Both the position numbers and the translations under genes were made by a program. A stretch of 64,000 bases of DNA from Anthoceros angustus. Taxonomy: Eukaryota; Plantae; Anthocerotophyta. Where the stretch lies: the NCBI GenBank assembly GCA_010909165.1, contig VJWM01000182.1, positions 1-64,000 of the forward strand, read 5' to 3'. Below, one piece after another: positions 34,625 to 46,836 of the stretch. The notes beneath the pieces were generated by a model. That model was given only the letters and a program-made list of their open reading frames with translations, was not told the DNA's origin and made no database searches. Each line of letters begins with the position of its first letter. Position 1 is the first letter of the stretch.

Positions 34625-35978
34625 AAGGAAAGAGCGGGTTCGCCTACGGCGAGATCTAACAACACTGAGGCCAATTACTCGTCTTATGAAGGAGAGTGTC
34701 TAGCAGTGTAGGCGGTTACGCATTTGAGTATACCTATTTGGCGAAGCTTTCGATTAGTCACGGATCATCGCCACTACAGGGATGACCAACATGAGTGGGA
34801 AGCTTGCTAGATGGGTTTTCTTTTGCGCCGAATCGACATGCAGTGTACCCGGCGGGGAAAGGTGCATCTCAATGGATGGGCTCGTAGGAGCCCGATGTGT
34901 GGCGAGGAGACACCACTGGGCGAGACAAGACTTGGTCTACTCGACGCGTGCCCGGTGTGTACCTGACATTGATGTCCATAGAACCGGTGACGGCGACCAT
35001 CGGAAGGTGGTTGAGACATATGGAACTCGAGCATGCCATTCGATTGTTGAGGGATGGGCGTGTAGCTGGTTTGGACGCAATGGCTCTCCAGAAGCTGCAG
35101 CGAAGGATCGCTTGCTATACGTACAAGGACGGTAAGGTGTTTGTGGTTGATCGACGGGTGAGCAAGGAGGTGCCACCCGTGGAAGAAAGAAAACCATTAG
35201 TGACCAAGGTGCATAAGACGCTGGGGCACTTTGGTGTCAAGCGAACGCACCACATGTTGAAGAATGCATACTTCTGGTCAGGTATGTATGCTGATGTGGA
35301 GCAGGTGGTATCGCGGTGCGCTGCATGCGATGCAGTGAAGGCAAGGTTTAACAGCCATGATGTGGTGTTACATTTGCTGCCTATCAGGGGATTGTTTTTC
35401 AGATGGTCCGTTGATCTGATGCCTGAACTCCTAGCAACAAGACAGGGCAACAAACACTGCATGTTGATGATATAGCACTTTTCAAAGTGGGTGGAGTTGG
35501 CTTTTCTTCCGGTCAGAAGCTCCAAGTATGCATTCCTGATGTGTTCTTAGCGGTATGGGGCTCTTGGGGTCTTGTGGACCAAGTCAACAAGTTTCGTGGT
35601 GAATTCCAAGCATTGTTGGACCGGTCGATAGACCACCACACCTCCGGATCATCCTCAGTCGAGGTTGGTGAGCAGTTAGTACAAACTTTCAAGGATTCTC
35701 TTCGCAAGTACTGCACTGAGGTTGAACCCGATTGCTGGGATGAGTTATTGCCATATGTGGCATTGGGATATAGGATCAGTGTGCAAGCGGCACTGGGCAA
35801 CTTCAGCCTATATTACATCATGTTTGGACGGAATGCTGTGATGTCAAATATTGTGGCGGACACCTATTTTCAACCGGTAGATTGGGCACAGAGTCCAGGA
35901 GAGTGCCTCTTGGAGTTGCAAAACCGAGCCAAGCTGTTTCAGCGAGTAATCCCAATGGCAATGGACAACTTGGCAATT
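34625..35978 (+). mobile_element. Duplicated gypsy RNaseH-integrase segment
   Basis: HKTLGHFGVKRT..YFWSGMYADV..CAAC (HHCC zinc finger), FFRWSVDL; ends RVIPMAMDNLAI. Confidence 0.9.
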
Positions 35979-36010
35979 TACAGCGTCTGGGTAAAAAGGG
36001 GTTTCTCCGG
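35979..36010 (+). repeat. Terminal inverted repeat (transposase-side end) after AATT (35975-35978)
   Basis: TACAGCGTCTGGGTAAAAAGGGGTTTCTCCGG, 29/32 identical to 22537-22568. Confidence 0.85.
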
Positions 36011-36399
36011 CAATAAGGGGTTTAGGCAAAAAGTCCGTCTTTTCTAAGGCAAAAACGCCGCGGCGGGATGTTTTTCTGGTTTTTAGCATGTGCACTCGGC
36101 TTGGAATAGAGTGATCAATTCGGTGTGCCCGTTACATGTTTTGGCGCTACCGTGTCTCCATGCACAAGTAAATGGGCCATTTAAGAAGGTGTAAATGAAA
36201 TGAAATATGTGTTTTGATAGGTTTTTCAGCATGTCTCCATGTCATACAAAACGTGGGGTTTGCTCGGCCGGCTTGCCTCCAGATATGAGTGCGCGCACAA
36301 GTGTGCGCACTCACGTTCCTCATGCGGAGAATTATATAGAATCATAGAAGCTTGCAAATCAACTGCAATGCAAAATCGCTAGTTTTCACATATAGGTGC

Positions 36400-39300
36400 T
36401 ACTCACTGGCTGGTGTACAGCAAGATCATCTCTTCCATCTACCAATAGGGATCGCAATTATAGAGGACAAACATGGCCTTTGCCGTTTTTCCTTCTAGTC
36501 CGTCGACGCTGGTTGGGAGCTCTCTTCAAACATGCCTTCAAAAACCCCGACTGGGTTAGGATCTCCAATACCTCGTCCGCGTGTCCATCTCGCAATTGGT
36601 CGAACTAATGCTTTGGCCGGCATGGACTCGCGGATCATCCTCAACTCGAACATGGTCTTGGGTTTTAATATCATTGACCATGACTGTATTATGAAACGTT
36701 TCTCCTCGCGCCTCAAGGTGGTGGGCTGGGCCCTTGTCGTTATTCCCAGCTTCCGCACTTTGCATATGGTGGAGTTCAAATAGCTTGGTCTTTATGAGCT
36801 CTTGGGTTCTCACATACAGCATGCTCTCTCGCGTCAGGGCAAATCCATATGAAAGAATAAAGGTCTCCGCCAGCACAAGGCGATCGAGATGCTTCGGACG
36901 CTTCCGCCTTTGACGTAGAGCATTCTTGTCCGCACAGTTGGGTGGCAAAATCTCTTGGTATATGACCTTCAAATGCATTGTTGTTCTCGTTACCCACCAT
37001 TGCGACCGAATCAGTTCGTCGGAAATCTAGGTTCTCCACCTCGCAACCCAAAAGGCTGTTTTGGTCATCCGCCTCATGCACGGCAATCATATGGCCTGGA
37101 TCTCGGCACATCTCTCTAACTGCACTTCCCTTGCCCTTGCTCGCCGGGATATAATTACCAAGGTACATTGCCTTGGCCCTCGTTGCATCGGACCGAGAGA
37201 AGCGAACATCCGCACAAGGATGGTATCGCTCGCTCCTCTACCCGATTGTACCTTGCCATGGTATCTCTAGCTCATGGTCACGGATTTGAGATTTAAATCG
37301 GGCTTGTGACTCCCAAAAGCCGTTCCACCATACCTTATCGGCCTAGTGCTTGCATCGGCTCTTGAGTGCCTTCGATGCCATCCAATGATCTATGAGGGTT
37401 GGGATCTGGAGCTTTCCCATGTGTAGTGCACAGAGGTGCCCACGGATGGGGTTTCGGGATGAGGCGAAGAAACTCAAGTCCCTCGTCGGGTTCCCATGAG
37501 CGTGGTTGATAAATATTTGCGCGCACTACAACCATTGCCCGCCTGCGCGTTCTTCTCGTGATTTTAAATTGATGTTGATAAATGGTTGTTCAAGCGTCCA
37601 AGCATCCGTGCCCCCTTTTACCCATCGAAGGCCATACATACCCGGAAATCCGCAACACCGGTAATCACTTTCACTTACGGATTTGGGGTATCGCTTGTTC
37701 AATAAGCGTCATCGAGTTAGTAGCGACATTGCCTTCTTATGTCTTAGACTTTTGAAAAACAAGAGAACATTTGATCCACAGAATCATGGGTGTGCGACAA
37801 GAAGGAATCCAACTTTAACCTTCTCGAATACCGCTTCTTCACCAGCATACTCGGATATGCAAACAACGCATATTCTTGTTCTCTCGTGTTGTCAATTGAA
37901 GGTAAAAGGTCTTTGGCAAGACACCGTCATAGTTGAGTATAATATCTTGAATAATATGTATCTTCAGGTTGGCATCATTGCGGATGTTCGGATAGTTGAC
38001 ATACACCTTCGTCTTCATCACATTATTGTATACCAAACAACCAACAACATGAACACGAATTAACCCATCGGCGAAATCTTTTGGAGGCCTTGTAAAGTGC
38101 GGAAGCTCTGTCTTGCTCTGGTCCATTCTATCTATGGCAATTCCAATATATTGGCTCGGTTGTCCCGCGCACTTCAGCCGATGCTTCGCTAGCTTCAGTC
38201 GCTCTTGTTTTAAGAACTACATGCGACGATTCGCTCTCAAACGCGTTACGCCAAGGAACCATGACGATGTGAGATTCTTATATTGCATAGGAGATAAGGC
38301 GCAGATTGGGGCTCTTTTGCGCGAGGCGCGCCTCAGTGCGCGCCGTCTGGCCCGCCTGCGCAAGCACTTGGCGTGGCGCAAGCTTGGCGCACTTGGCTGT
38401 GCCAGCGCGTGCGCGCGCTGCGCCTGCACGGGCCTCCTGCACGCAAGTGCGTGCACTCCTCCTCGCGCGCTGTGCGCGCACTCCCTCGCTTGCGCGCAGT
38501 CCTTACACTTGGACCTACCTTGATCTCGTCGATCATGTCAGATGGCCGTCTTGATAGTTTTCTGTACACATTTGGCTTGGGATCTTGACATTCGGAAGTG
38601 CATCTTCCATAATGCAAAATGAGAGTGAGATCGTTTGACATCCCGTGCCACCTCCCGTTTGTAGTCTTGGAAGATCTCTCCCTTCGTATAGGAGTCAGGC
38701 AGGTTGAACACTGCAACGTTAGGCATGCGCTCTGCAGATATCTTGAAAAATTGGTCCATCCAAGCAATGCATTCTAGCACATGGTCTTGTTTTGGACGGG
38801 CTTGGACCTTCAATTCCGATGACCATGGTGTGTTCCGGACAACCCCGTTCGTCAGATCGTGATACCTTCTCCATCCAATGCAGAACACCTTGCGAAAACT
38901 TCGAACACAACATTGCGTTCCGGTCTCCGGACAGGTTTGTTGTGTCGGGATAGAGTTGAACTACCTCAAGCGGACTTTCCAAATCTGATTCTGTTGCTCT
39001 CGACCCATTCCCAAGCGATACCTAGGTTTTCTATATGTTTCCTTCCAACTTTCGGCAAACATCCTTTGCTACAACAATGCGACGACCATGCACTCTGAAC
39101 ACGCTCATTGGGAACACAACCTTTGCACGCTTCCGTCTGGGATATTGCCGGCGTTTTTGAGGGCTGGCTGCATGAAAGTCTCGCAAAGCTTTGGGATTGA
39201 AGTTTGCTTAAAGTCCTCCAAAACCGTCATGTGATGTCGCAATCTTCGATGGAAATGGAAGCGTCTTTATGTGATGGAGAATAAGCGCCGTGTCGAGCAT

Positions 39301-39600
39301 CTTCTTTGGGATGCCACGTCACAGCCACTTCCTTGTTATCTTGTCAAAGATTAGGCCTTGGGAAGAAGAACTTTCTTCTCTAATGGAGTCGTATCCATGA
39401 CCATTACCCGTTTTGGAATAGAAGCATCGAGTAGTTTCCATAACACTGTGTGATGTCTCGATATGCCACTCTCGGAGGCGATTTGAAACCGCTCTCTGTC
39501 CTCTACATTCCGCGTCGCAATCGAATGCCATGTGCTTCCCCGATTACGCCATATGTTTGGGGAGGTCAGCATTGCGATATCTTTGGATCAAAGGTATCCA
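36400..39600 (-). pseudogene. Sola-like DDD transposase, duplicate copy
   Basis: MDQSKTELPHFTRPPKDFADGLIRVHVVGCLVYNN..NDANL..LPKTFYLQL..RENKN; WMDQFFKISAERMPNVAVFNLPDSYTKGEIFQDY. Confidence 0.8.
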
Positions 39601-39753
39601 CAAGGTGTGAGGCGAGAATGTGAAAAGGATAGTGGCCCCGTAATCCGACGTTCAAATTAGGGGACTTCATGGTTGGACATGATGGCGGCCGCCACAAAAT
39701 AAACTCATAGCGGCAACCCGGCCTTGGGTGAAGTTTAGTAAACCCTAGGTTCT

Positions 39754-41050
39754 TGTGGCGCGACTTTTCTTTGACGGCCCGGGCGGCGCACGATCCGTGT
39801 CGTTGTAGTAAAGGATTCGTTCCACAGAATGGACTCGTGCTTATACACTTTGAGCTCTACAACCTATCGCTGAAGACTTCATCATGTTTGGTCCGTGCTC
39901 CACAACCAAGTTTATGCCCCTCCACAACTCGTCGGACAGCCTGACCACGGACCTTCCCACAAACCCGCGGGTTTCTCGATACCAGGAGCAGTTTAGCGGC
40001 GCTTTCCTCGTGATCTCGTACTCTGGCGGCGCTCCTCAACTTCTGCCCAGCCACAACTCCACCTCGCCTGCCGCGCCCTCCTCCATCCCGGCTAGTAGTC
40101 ACAGCACACGCGCCCGATGTATTCACCGGGCCGCCTTTGCCCGTGCTTCACATTCGTAAGCTTTGCAGCTTGCAACTCCACAACCTGGTTCAGCGGCCTC
40201 GAGGATGGTTTCCACCGGGTCACCCCAGCCCCTAATCCCTTGGTGCCTTCACGTTTTGCGGGGAAGTGGCTTGCTAACCCCAGACCTCCGTTCCAGCCTC
40301 GAGTTAGTCTCACACGGAAAATCACCCTCGAGCACCTCCTCGGCGCAGTCCGACCCGGTCGCACCCATCAGCGTGTTGGCGGAGCTCGTCACGAAACTCT
40401 CAACACATCCCTCTACCACCAATTAATCACCTTGCGGTGGCCCAGAACACCTCCTCCTCGAACCACGGAAGGCGAGAGCACAGTGCGAAGATGGTGCGGG
40501 ATAGTCGCGGTCTAGGCGCCTAGGCCTCCTGCTTCCCACACCTAATCTAACCCGCTATGTATGTACCCTAACCACAGGTGGTAGTAAGCCAAAGGCGTAG
40601 CTCATCATTCCATCGGACTTCGTCCACCAGTAGCTTCCCGCCATACGGCGGATCCGTTCCAGACCATGCCATAGGACTAACCCGCGGCCGGAACACATCC
40701 GGACTAAAGCCACTGAGAACTCCATCCAGACTAAGCCGCCCGGAGTTTTCCGTCGAAAGGCTCGGCGGACTTACTCCGTCGAGCGCCTTCGGCGGACTTA
40801 CTCGTCGAGCGCGCTCGGCGGACTTACTCCGTCGAGCAGCTCGGCGGACTTACTCCGTCGACGCCGCTCGGCGGACCACTCGATCGGACCCCGCCCAGAC
40901 GGACCTAGGGTCTAGGGATTGCACACTAAGTGCAATCGGCCAAAGCCACCTTATTGGCTAACTCCTCCCTATCCCTCTTAGTGTGACGAAAAAAGCGAAA
41001 CAAGACTAAAACAAGTCGCCGAGAATGCGGACGCCAGTTGGCACTCCATA
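39754..41050. mobile_element. Duplicate of the solo-LTR-like insertion
   Basis: TGTGGCGCGACTTT...GGCACTCCATA; colinear with 30901-32185. Confidence 0.6.
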
Positions 41051-41379
41051 TACTTAACCCTTGGTTAAAAACTTCGAGTTAGTGCTTAGTCAATTAACCA
41101 TGGTTGCATCTTAGCAGGGCATCCTAAAAACAGGAAGCGTTTTTAGGGTTAAGGCTCGAGTTATGGGGCGCGGTCGCGGTTTTGATGTTCCTCGGCGTTT
41201 GCGGGTCCAATTGCGGCAGTATGGCGTAGGTGTGTGCTAAATCGATTGGGCCGGGGAGGCGCGACGGTCCGGTGAGCAGGCGATCCACGAGCGCCTCGGA
41301 ATTTCGATGAGATCCGGTGATCGATATGCTCTTAGGAATTTTTCTGCGAGAGGATTGTAGCCCATGAGGCGGGCACGAG

Positions 41380-41815
41380 ATGCCCATGGGCGCGCTGGTG
41401 GCGGGCTGAGACGCCCATGGGCGCACGCTAACCGCGCCGGATGGGCTTGCTTGTGGCGCCCAGATGGGCTTGCTTGTGGGCGCCGGATGGGCTTGCTGTG
41501 AGCGCCCATGGGCCGTGGGCGCCCACATGGAGCTTTGTGAGGCGCCCACATGGGCTGTGGGCGCCCACATGGGAAGCGCCCATGGGCTTGTGAACATGGG
41601 CTTGTGGGCGCCCACATGGGCGGGTGAGCCCACAGGCTTTAACTTGTGAGGCCCATGGGCTTGTGGGCGCCCACATGGGCAGCGTGGGCGCACATGGGCT
41701 TTCGTGAGCCACATGGGCGCCCACGTGGGCTTGCTGTGGGCGCCCATGGGGCTTGTGGGGGCGCCCACATGGGCTTGTGGGCGCCCACATGGAGACGCTT
41801 GTGGGCGCCCACAAG
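41380..41815. repeat. Duplicate palindromic minisatellite
   Basis: Same TGTGGGCGCCCACATGGGCT units as at 32510-33000. Confidence 0.9.
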
Positions 41816-41881
41816 TGAGACACAGGCGTGCCCTCGAGACGCGCCTACGCCAGGCTTCACGGTGGCGCTTCATGTTCTTGT

Positions 41882-42632
41882 CACTACTAGGAAAGCGGGT
41901 CTTTTACAGCGGAAATTACAGCGGCAATTACTACGACTTTAAGTGTCGTTGTAAAACCCTCAAGTATAAACACACCTTAGTAATATCGGTAGTAAATATT
42001 CATACTAATTATCGATGGCTATACATATTATATCACGGTATTGTCTGGTATCGTTATGCGACTTAGCGGATGGTCGTATATTGGTTAACCTTTAGCGCCT
42101 TTACTACGGACAATACTACGATGCACCTAGCGCGTTTTACAACTTCACTAACCATAGTTAATATATTATAGTTAAGTAATCAAGGTTACTTGACTATGGT
42201 TTACTAACTAGGATTAAGTAGCTGTTGTTACATAACCCCATCTTGATTGGTGTTATCACGGTTAATTAAACTCAATGGTCTCTGTAAAGGCGTACCTTGT
42301 TGTAAATGTCGGGTTGTCAAGGTGCGGTCCTTTGCGGACTTTTAAACCTTGATGTAAAGGGGGTCGTTGTAAATGTTAAACTTTACAACGACCCCTGTGT
42401 AAGGAACCAGTTGTAAAGGGTTAGTAAAGAGCTATCCCTTTACAGCGACCCTGTTGTAATGGAACCTCGTTGTAAAGAAATGGGTTTAGGATTAGGGTCC
42501 TTTGTAAAAGTATTGTGTGTGAACTAAAACCCGATTCGATGTAAATCTCGGAGTCTCTTGTATAAACATCCACCTCGGCACCCAAAACATCACCTCGACC
42601 CCCACTAGGACCGACCGCCACAATCCATCTTG
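41882..42632 (+). mobile_element. Duplicate CACTA-type end
   Basis: CACTACTAGGAAAG at 41882; near-identical to 33066-33818. Confidence 0.7.
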
Positions 42633-45600
42633 TGTGGCGCGACTTTGTTGTGGTAGGCGCGCCTGATCCGTGTCGTTGTAGTAAGTCAGTTCAGAGAATG
42701 ATAGCTCCGTTTGCAGCGTTAGGCCGATCCCTTGCGTCCGGCTCAACTTTAACACACATCGTCGTTTCGTCTAACTACTCCGCGTTCGAGCAGGCCGGTG
42801 TGGCCAAGCGTTTAAGGACCGTTTGCGTCCGTATCGTTCGCCGTCACTCGTCCTTTAGTCCGTTCCTCTCATCACTCTCACTCGCTCATCAACCTTGGAA
42901 AGAGCATGAAGTAGCTACGGTCCGGACCTCCTCCGTTGCTCAGCGGGCCTCTCGTCGGGCTCTGCGCCCTCCGGAGTTCCTCCGGCTCACACGTTCGGTC
43001 CGCTCGATCTTTGGGCGGCTGCTGGGCGAACACGGGTCCCATCGCTCTTCCTGCACACACCACCACGTTAGGGTCCGTCACGGGACCTTGATCGATCTCT
43101 CGGGGCATCGTGCACCTTTCGATGACTCGGGACTCACGTTAGCGAAGACACACAGGTGCAAGCAGCGGCATCAACACCAAGAAGATGATTTATTCAGCCT
43201 CGGCCCTCTTATACTCGCCCAAGTCGGCGTCTTTATTACACCCTATTATGGTGGCCAGCTCGATGCCCTAATCGACCGCCTACCATCCTATTCCTCCCCT
43301 CCTATCTCCTTTCGGTGGTGGGCACAGGAAGGTCACAGGTTCCGTCTCGGATTGGTGGTCAATCTCCCGTCGGCAGTTGCGGCGCGCAATCGGATGATCG
43401 CGGGACCCCTTCCTCTTCCGGAATCACAGCGGGTTGGGCTACCGTGCGGCGGTCGGCGACCGCCCGTTACCACGTCGTCCCCAGCCCCGGTGGGTCCCCT
43501 TGGAGGCCACCATTGCTCCCCAGCGTAAGTCGGAGGGACTCCTCCTTGCTTCTGAGTCCGGACCTCGAGGTCGGTCTCGACTCCGTCGAACTTGAGTGCC
43601 TTATTCCACAGTCGGTCTGGGTCGGTCTCATCTCAGGGTTCGGACCTCGGTCGAACTTATTCAGTCCGGTCCCAAGCTCGGACCCCTTGTCTGCGGACCT
43701 CTTGCTGGGTCCTCATCCCTTCCAGACCCTTGTCTTGGGTGGGTTGGCCTTCCGCCCCTTTGGGCCCCGCCTCTATCCTCCCGGCGGGTTGCGGTGGACT
43801 TACCACGAGTCCGTTGTATTGGCGCGTCTGCTCCTCACAGGCTCTTCTCCCCGCTACCGTCGTCTCCAAGCAGGGCCACTAGGGTCCCGTCTTTGTCCCC
43901 ATGCCCTTCATCCCTTGAGCCCTTAGTCAGGTGTGTGGAGCGGGGAGGCTTCAATGCCTTAAGGAGCTCTGGTAGTAGGCAAAATCCAGTCAATTTTGGT
44001 GAGCGTCTTTGTCCGACTTTTGGACCATCCCCCTGCCGGTTCGTTGGCGGGCGGGCGAATCTCGCGAGGCCACAAGGGCCGCCTCGGTCACCTCCTGCCC
44101 TTGTTGTTGCTCCGCTGCTCCGGCTCCGTCGTTTCCGCTCTGCGCTTACGCCATAGCGCGGCGCTCCCCTTCGCCTTCCAGCGGACGGCGGCTTCTTTTT
44201 GCGTCCGGTGCTCCCGTTTATTACGGCGTTAGCTCGCCATCTCCCTCTCCGGGCGGTCGGGCAACTGCCCGGTGCGGGCTTCGCCAGTCCTTCTCCATTT
44301 GGCGGCGTCTGCTCCTGTTCCATCGCCTTACCCTCCTCAAATCCCGAGTGGAGCCGCTCTATTTCTCGTTCGTGATCGAGATCACGCCTGATACCATTCC
44401 TCTCAATGGTAACTTGGGGCTGACTCGAGTCTCTTGCGGTCTTCCATCTCCCGCTGTTGCTCCACCTCCATGGCGGGGAGGAGATCCTCCATCTCCTTGT
44501 CGCGGGCTTCCTTCTCCTCGGCATGGTGGCCCCGCTCCGCCGCCTCTGCTCCTTCTTGAGTTAGGCGGCTATCCCTGCTCTCCCTCCACGGTTCGATCAC
44601 GATAGTGATCGCGGTCGGTCTTAGCGGCTTCCGCCTCCCTCGCCGCCTTACCGCCCGCTTGGCGGGTCGGTGGCCGCCTCCGGCCCTGAGCCTTCTCGCT
44701 TGCGCGGGCCTCCTGCCTCTGCTGCGCTACCCCTCTCCGCTGCGAGGTCTTGACCCGGCGCTTGGGCCTCCTGCTGCCGGTGCTCACCCGGTGAAGGAAT
44801 TTAGTCAGTCTGTCGAATGGACGGACTTCCCTTCGGCCTCCGGCGTTTCCCTTCTTGATGCGGCCGAGCTTACGCCTTCCTCCTTCGCCTCTGGGCCGCC
44901 TCCAAGCTGCTCACTGGAGGAGCACCATCGCCTCCGGTGGCTTCTACTTCACAGGTCTTCTCGGCATCCCGAGACCCCAAAAGCACCGTCCATGGCGGTA
45001 GCAGGACCCGCCGTGTCTCTTCCACGGCCGCCAGTGAGACCCCCAAAAAGTCCGTAGTGGGAGGCGGGCATCTCACGGTCGCCAGGACCTCCATACGCGG
45101 TCCGGAGTAAGTCGGGGGTTCTCGGACCTAATCGGGCCCCTTAGGTCACGATTGCGAGGTCAGCTTCTCCTTGGCCCTCTTGGCCCCAATTCCTATTGCC
45201 CTCTTCGTCACAGGGCTCGGAGGGTGAGGGGGTCGAGGCGGCCTTGCCTCTCCCGGTCGGCAGGGGCCCGGCTCGAGTGGGGTTCTTGCGGTGACCTCCC
45301 TGCTCCTTGGCGGCGTCCCTTTCTCTTCTCACGCTCTTGACCTCTTGCCACTCGTGGGCGGGGGGGCAGAGCACCGCGAGTCTTTGCGTTGGGTGGCACC
45401 GTCTTCCGCCTCTTGATTGCCCGGCGAGTTCGTCGGGCTCCTCTGCCGTTGTGTGGTGGGTGGTTGGCGTCGGGCGTCTCTGCTGCTGCTTGCTCGGCGA
45501 GGCACCGAGGAGGCGGGGATATCTTCCACACTTCCCTAGGTGGTGAGGGGTCCGTTCGGGCGTATGGAGTCGGTATCCTTCGATCGTCCTCCTCCCGGAC

Positions 45601-46821
45601 CGTTTGGCCCTAGTCGGGCCTCTACCTCGCGCCCTTGCCTCTGCGGGGCCGCCAACCCTTTCCGGGCGCCGCTCTACTCCCATCCTTGAGGAGCTCGTAA
45701 TGTCCCCATACATGGATCGGTATGGGGATAGTCAGACGGCGGGGCTCTCGCTCCTCGACTTGCGGGCCTCTGGCTGACCAGGCGAAGATAATCCTTCCCA
45801 GTCCGCCCTCTTGCCCAGCGCAGCGCATGCGGGGAACACCACAAATTATCACCAAGGTGATCCACCTTGGTGAGCAAGTTCGATGGACAATGATCGGGCT
45901 CGCCCTCACCTCATCCGGTCGGTATCAACCACCGTTGGTTGTCGCTGCGTTGCCCGCATCGCCGCCCTTCGCCTCTATCTTTCCCCTGCCTTGAGGGGCT
46001 CGGACTCGCCCCATCCTCCTCCTTTGGGCGGTTGTAGGCGCCCTCGGGACCTCAAGGTCCGCCTGGGATCCTCCGGAGGTTCTTGGAACCTCCTTGTTGG
46101 CCCGCCAACATCTTCGGGCGAACTCCGGACGGTGACACGTCAAGCGTCAGGGCACTGGAACACGTCAAAGTGCCACTCCTGACTAATCCTCCCTTCCTCG
46201 GCCCAAAGTCCGGATAGCGCGGGTCACAATGTTGCGCTCTACGGGTTCCATGGCTCCCAAACTCCGACCTTTTTGGGTGCCATCGCCTTCTTCTCCTTTC
46301 TTGTAGGCGCTTGGAGACGGCGCGATCGCCCTCTTCGCCCGCGTTGCTCCAACCTCAGGTGAGCGGCGGGTCTGGCGTTCAAAGAGATAGCGCGAGCGGG
46401 TTGCGGGCGCGAGGCTGAGTGTCTCAGTCGGCCGAAATGACCTCCTCGTCGGCGCTTGGAAGTAACCCGGCGGAGGGTGCCTCTTCCACTGTCCGTGGCG
46501 CGAGGTGCGCGCGCCTCCGCCTTGCGCCGCCCGCGCCTCTGCCACCGCGCACGGTCGCGGGCGTGAATACACTATATGCCTCCAGCAGGCTCAATTTACT
46601 TTCCACTGCGTACTTATCTGTTTGACCCGGGTGGGGTCCGGACTTATCCGTTACCCGGTCGTGGTCGGCTCGTCATAGCGTGTCAGGTCGTTCCTCGGTC
46701 GGAGTATACTCGAGCCGTCAGGGCGCCATCCGTGCTTATTCCTCCTTTTCCGCCTTATTTTACTTCACCTACAAAAAACAAAACCCCACTTATTCTAACC
46801 CCAAGAAGTCCGTAGCCCACA
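42633..46821 (-). mobile_element. Probable ~4.2-kb 3' LTR of a minus-strand gypsy element
   Basis: Inverted termini TGTGG/CCACA. On the minus strand it is immediately preceded by a purine tract and by integrase. Confidence 0.65.
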
Positions 46822-46836
46822 TACTCCCTTCTCATC
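46822..46836 (-). other. Polypurine tract
   Basis: Minus-strand GATGAGAAGGGAGTA directly before TGTGGGCTACGG. Confidence 0.65.

Larger units (their letters stand above)
25828..43438. repeat. ~8.8-kb tandem segmental duplication (25828-34624 and 34623-43438)
   Basis: Same order of elements in both copies; identical ORFs at 33607/42421 and 33678/42492. The junction ...CGGGTTGGG|AAGGAAAGAGCGGG joins LTR to RNaseH sequence. Confidence 0.93.

Noticed and set aside
33818-34711. 297/298-aa ORFs at 33818 and 42632
   Set aside because: They start at the LTR terminus in GC-rich sequence and have no recognisable domain; the first is chimeric across the duplication junction.
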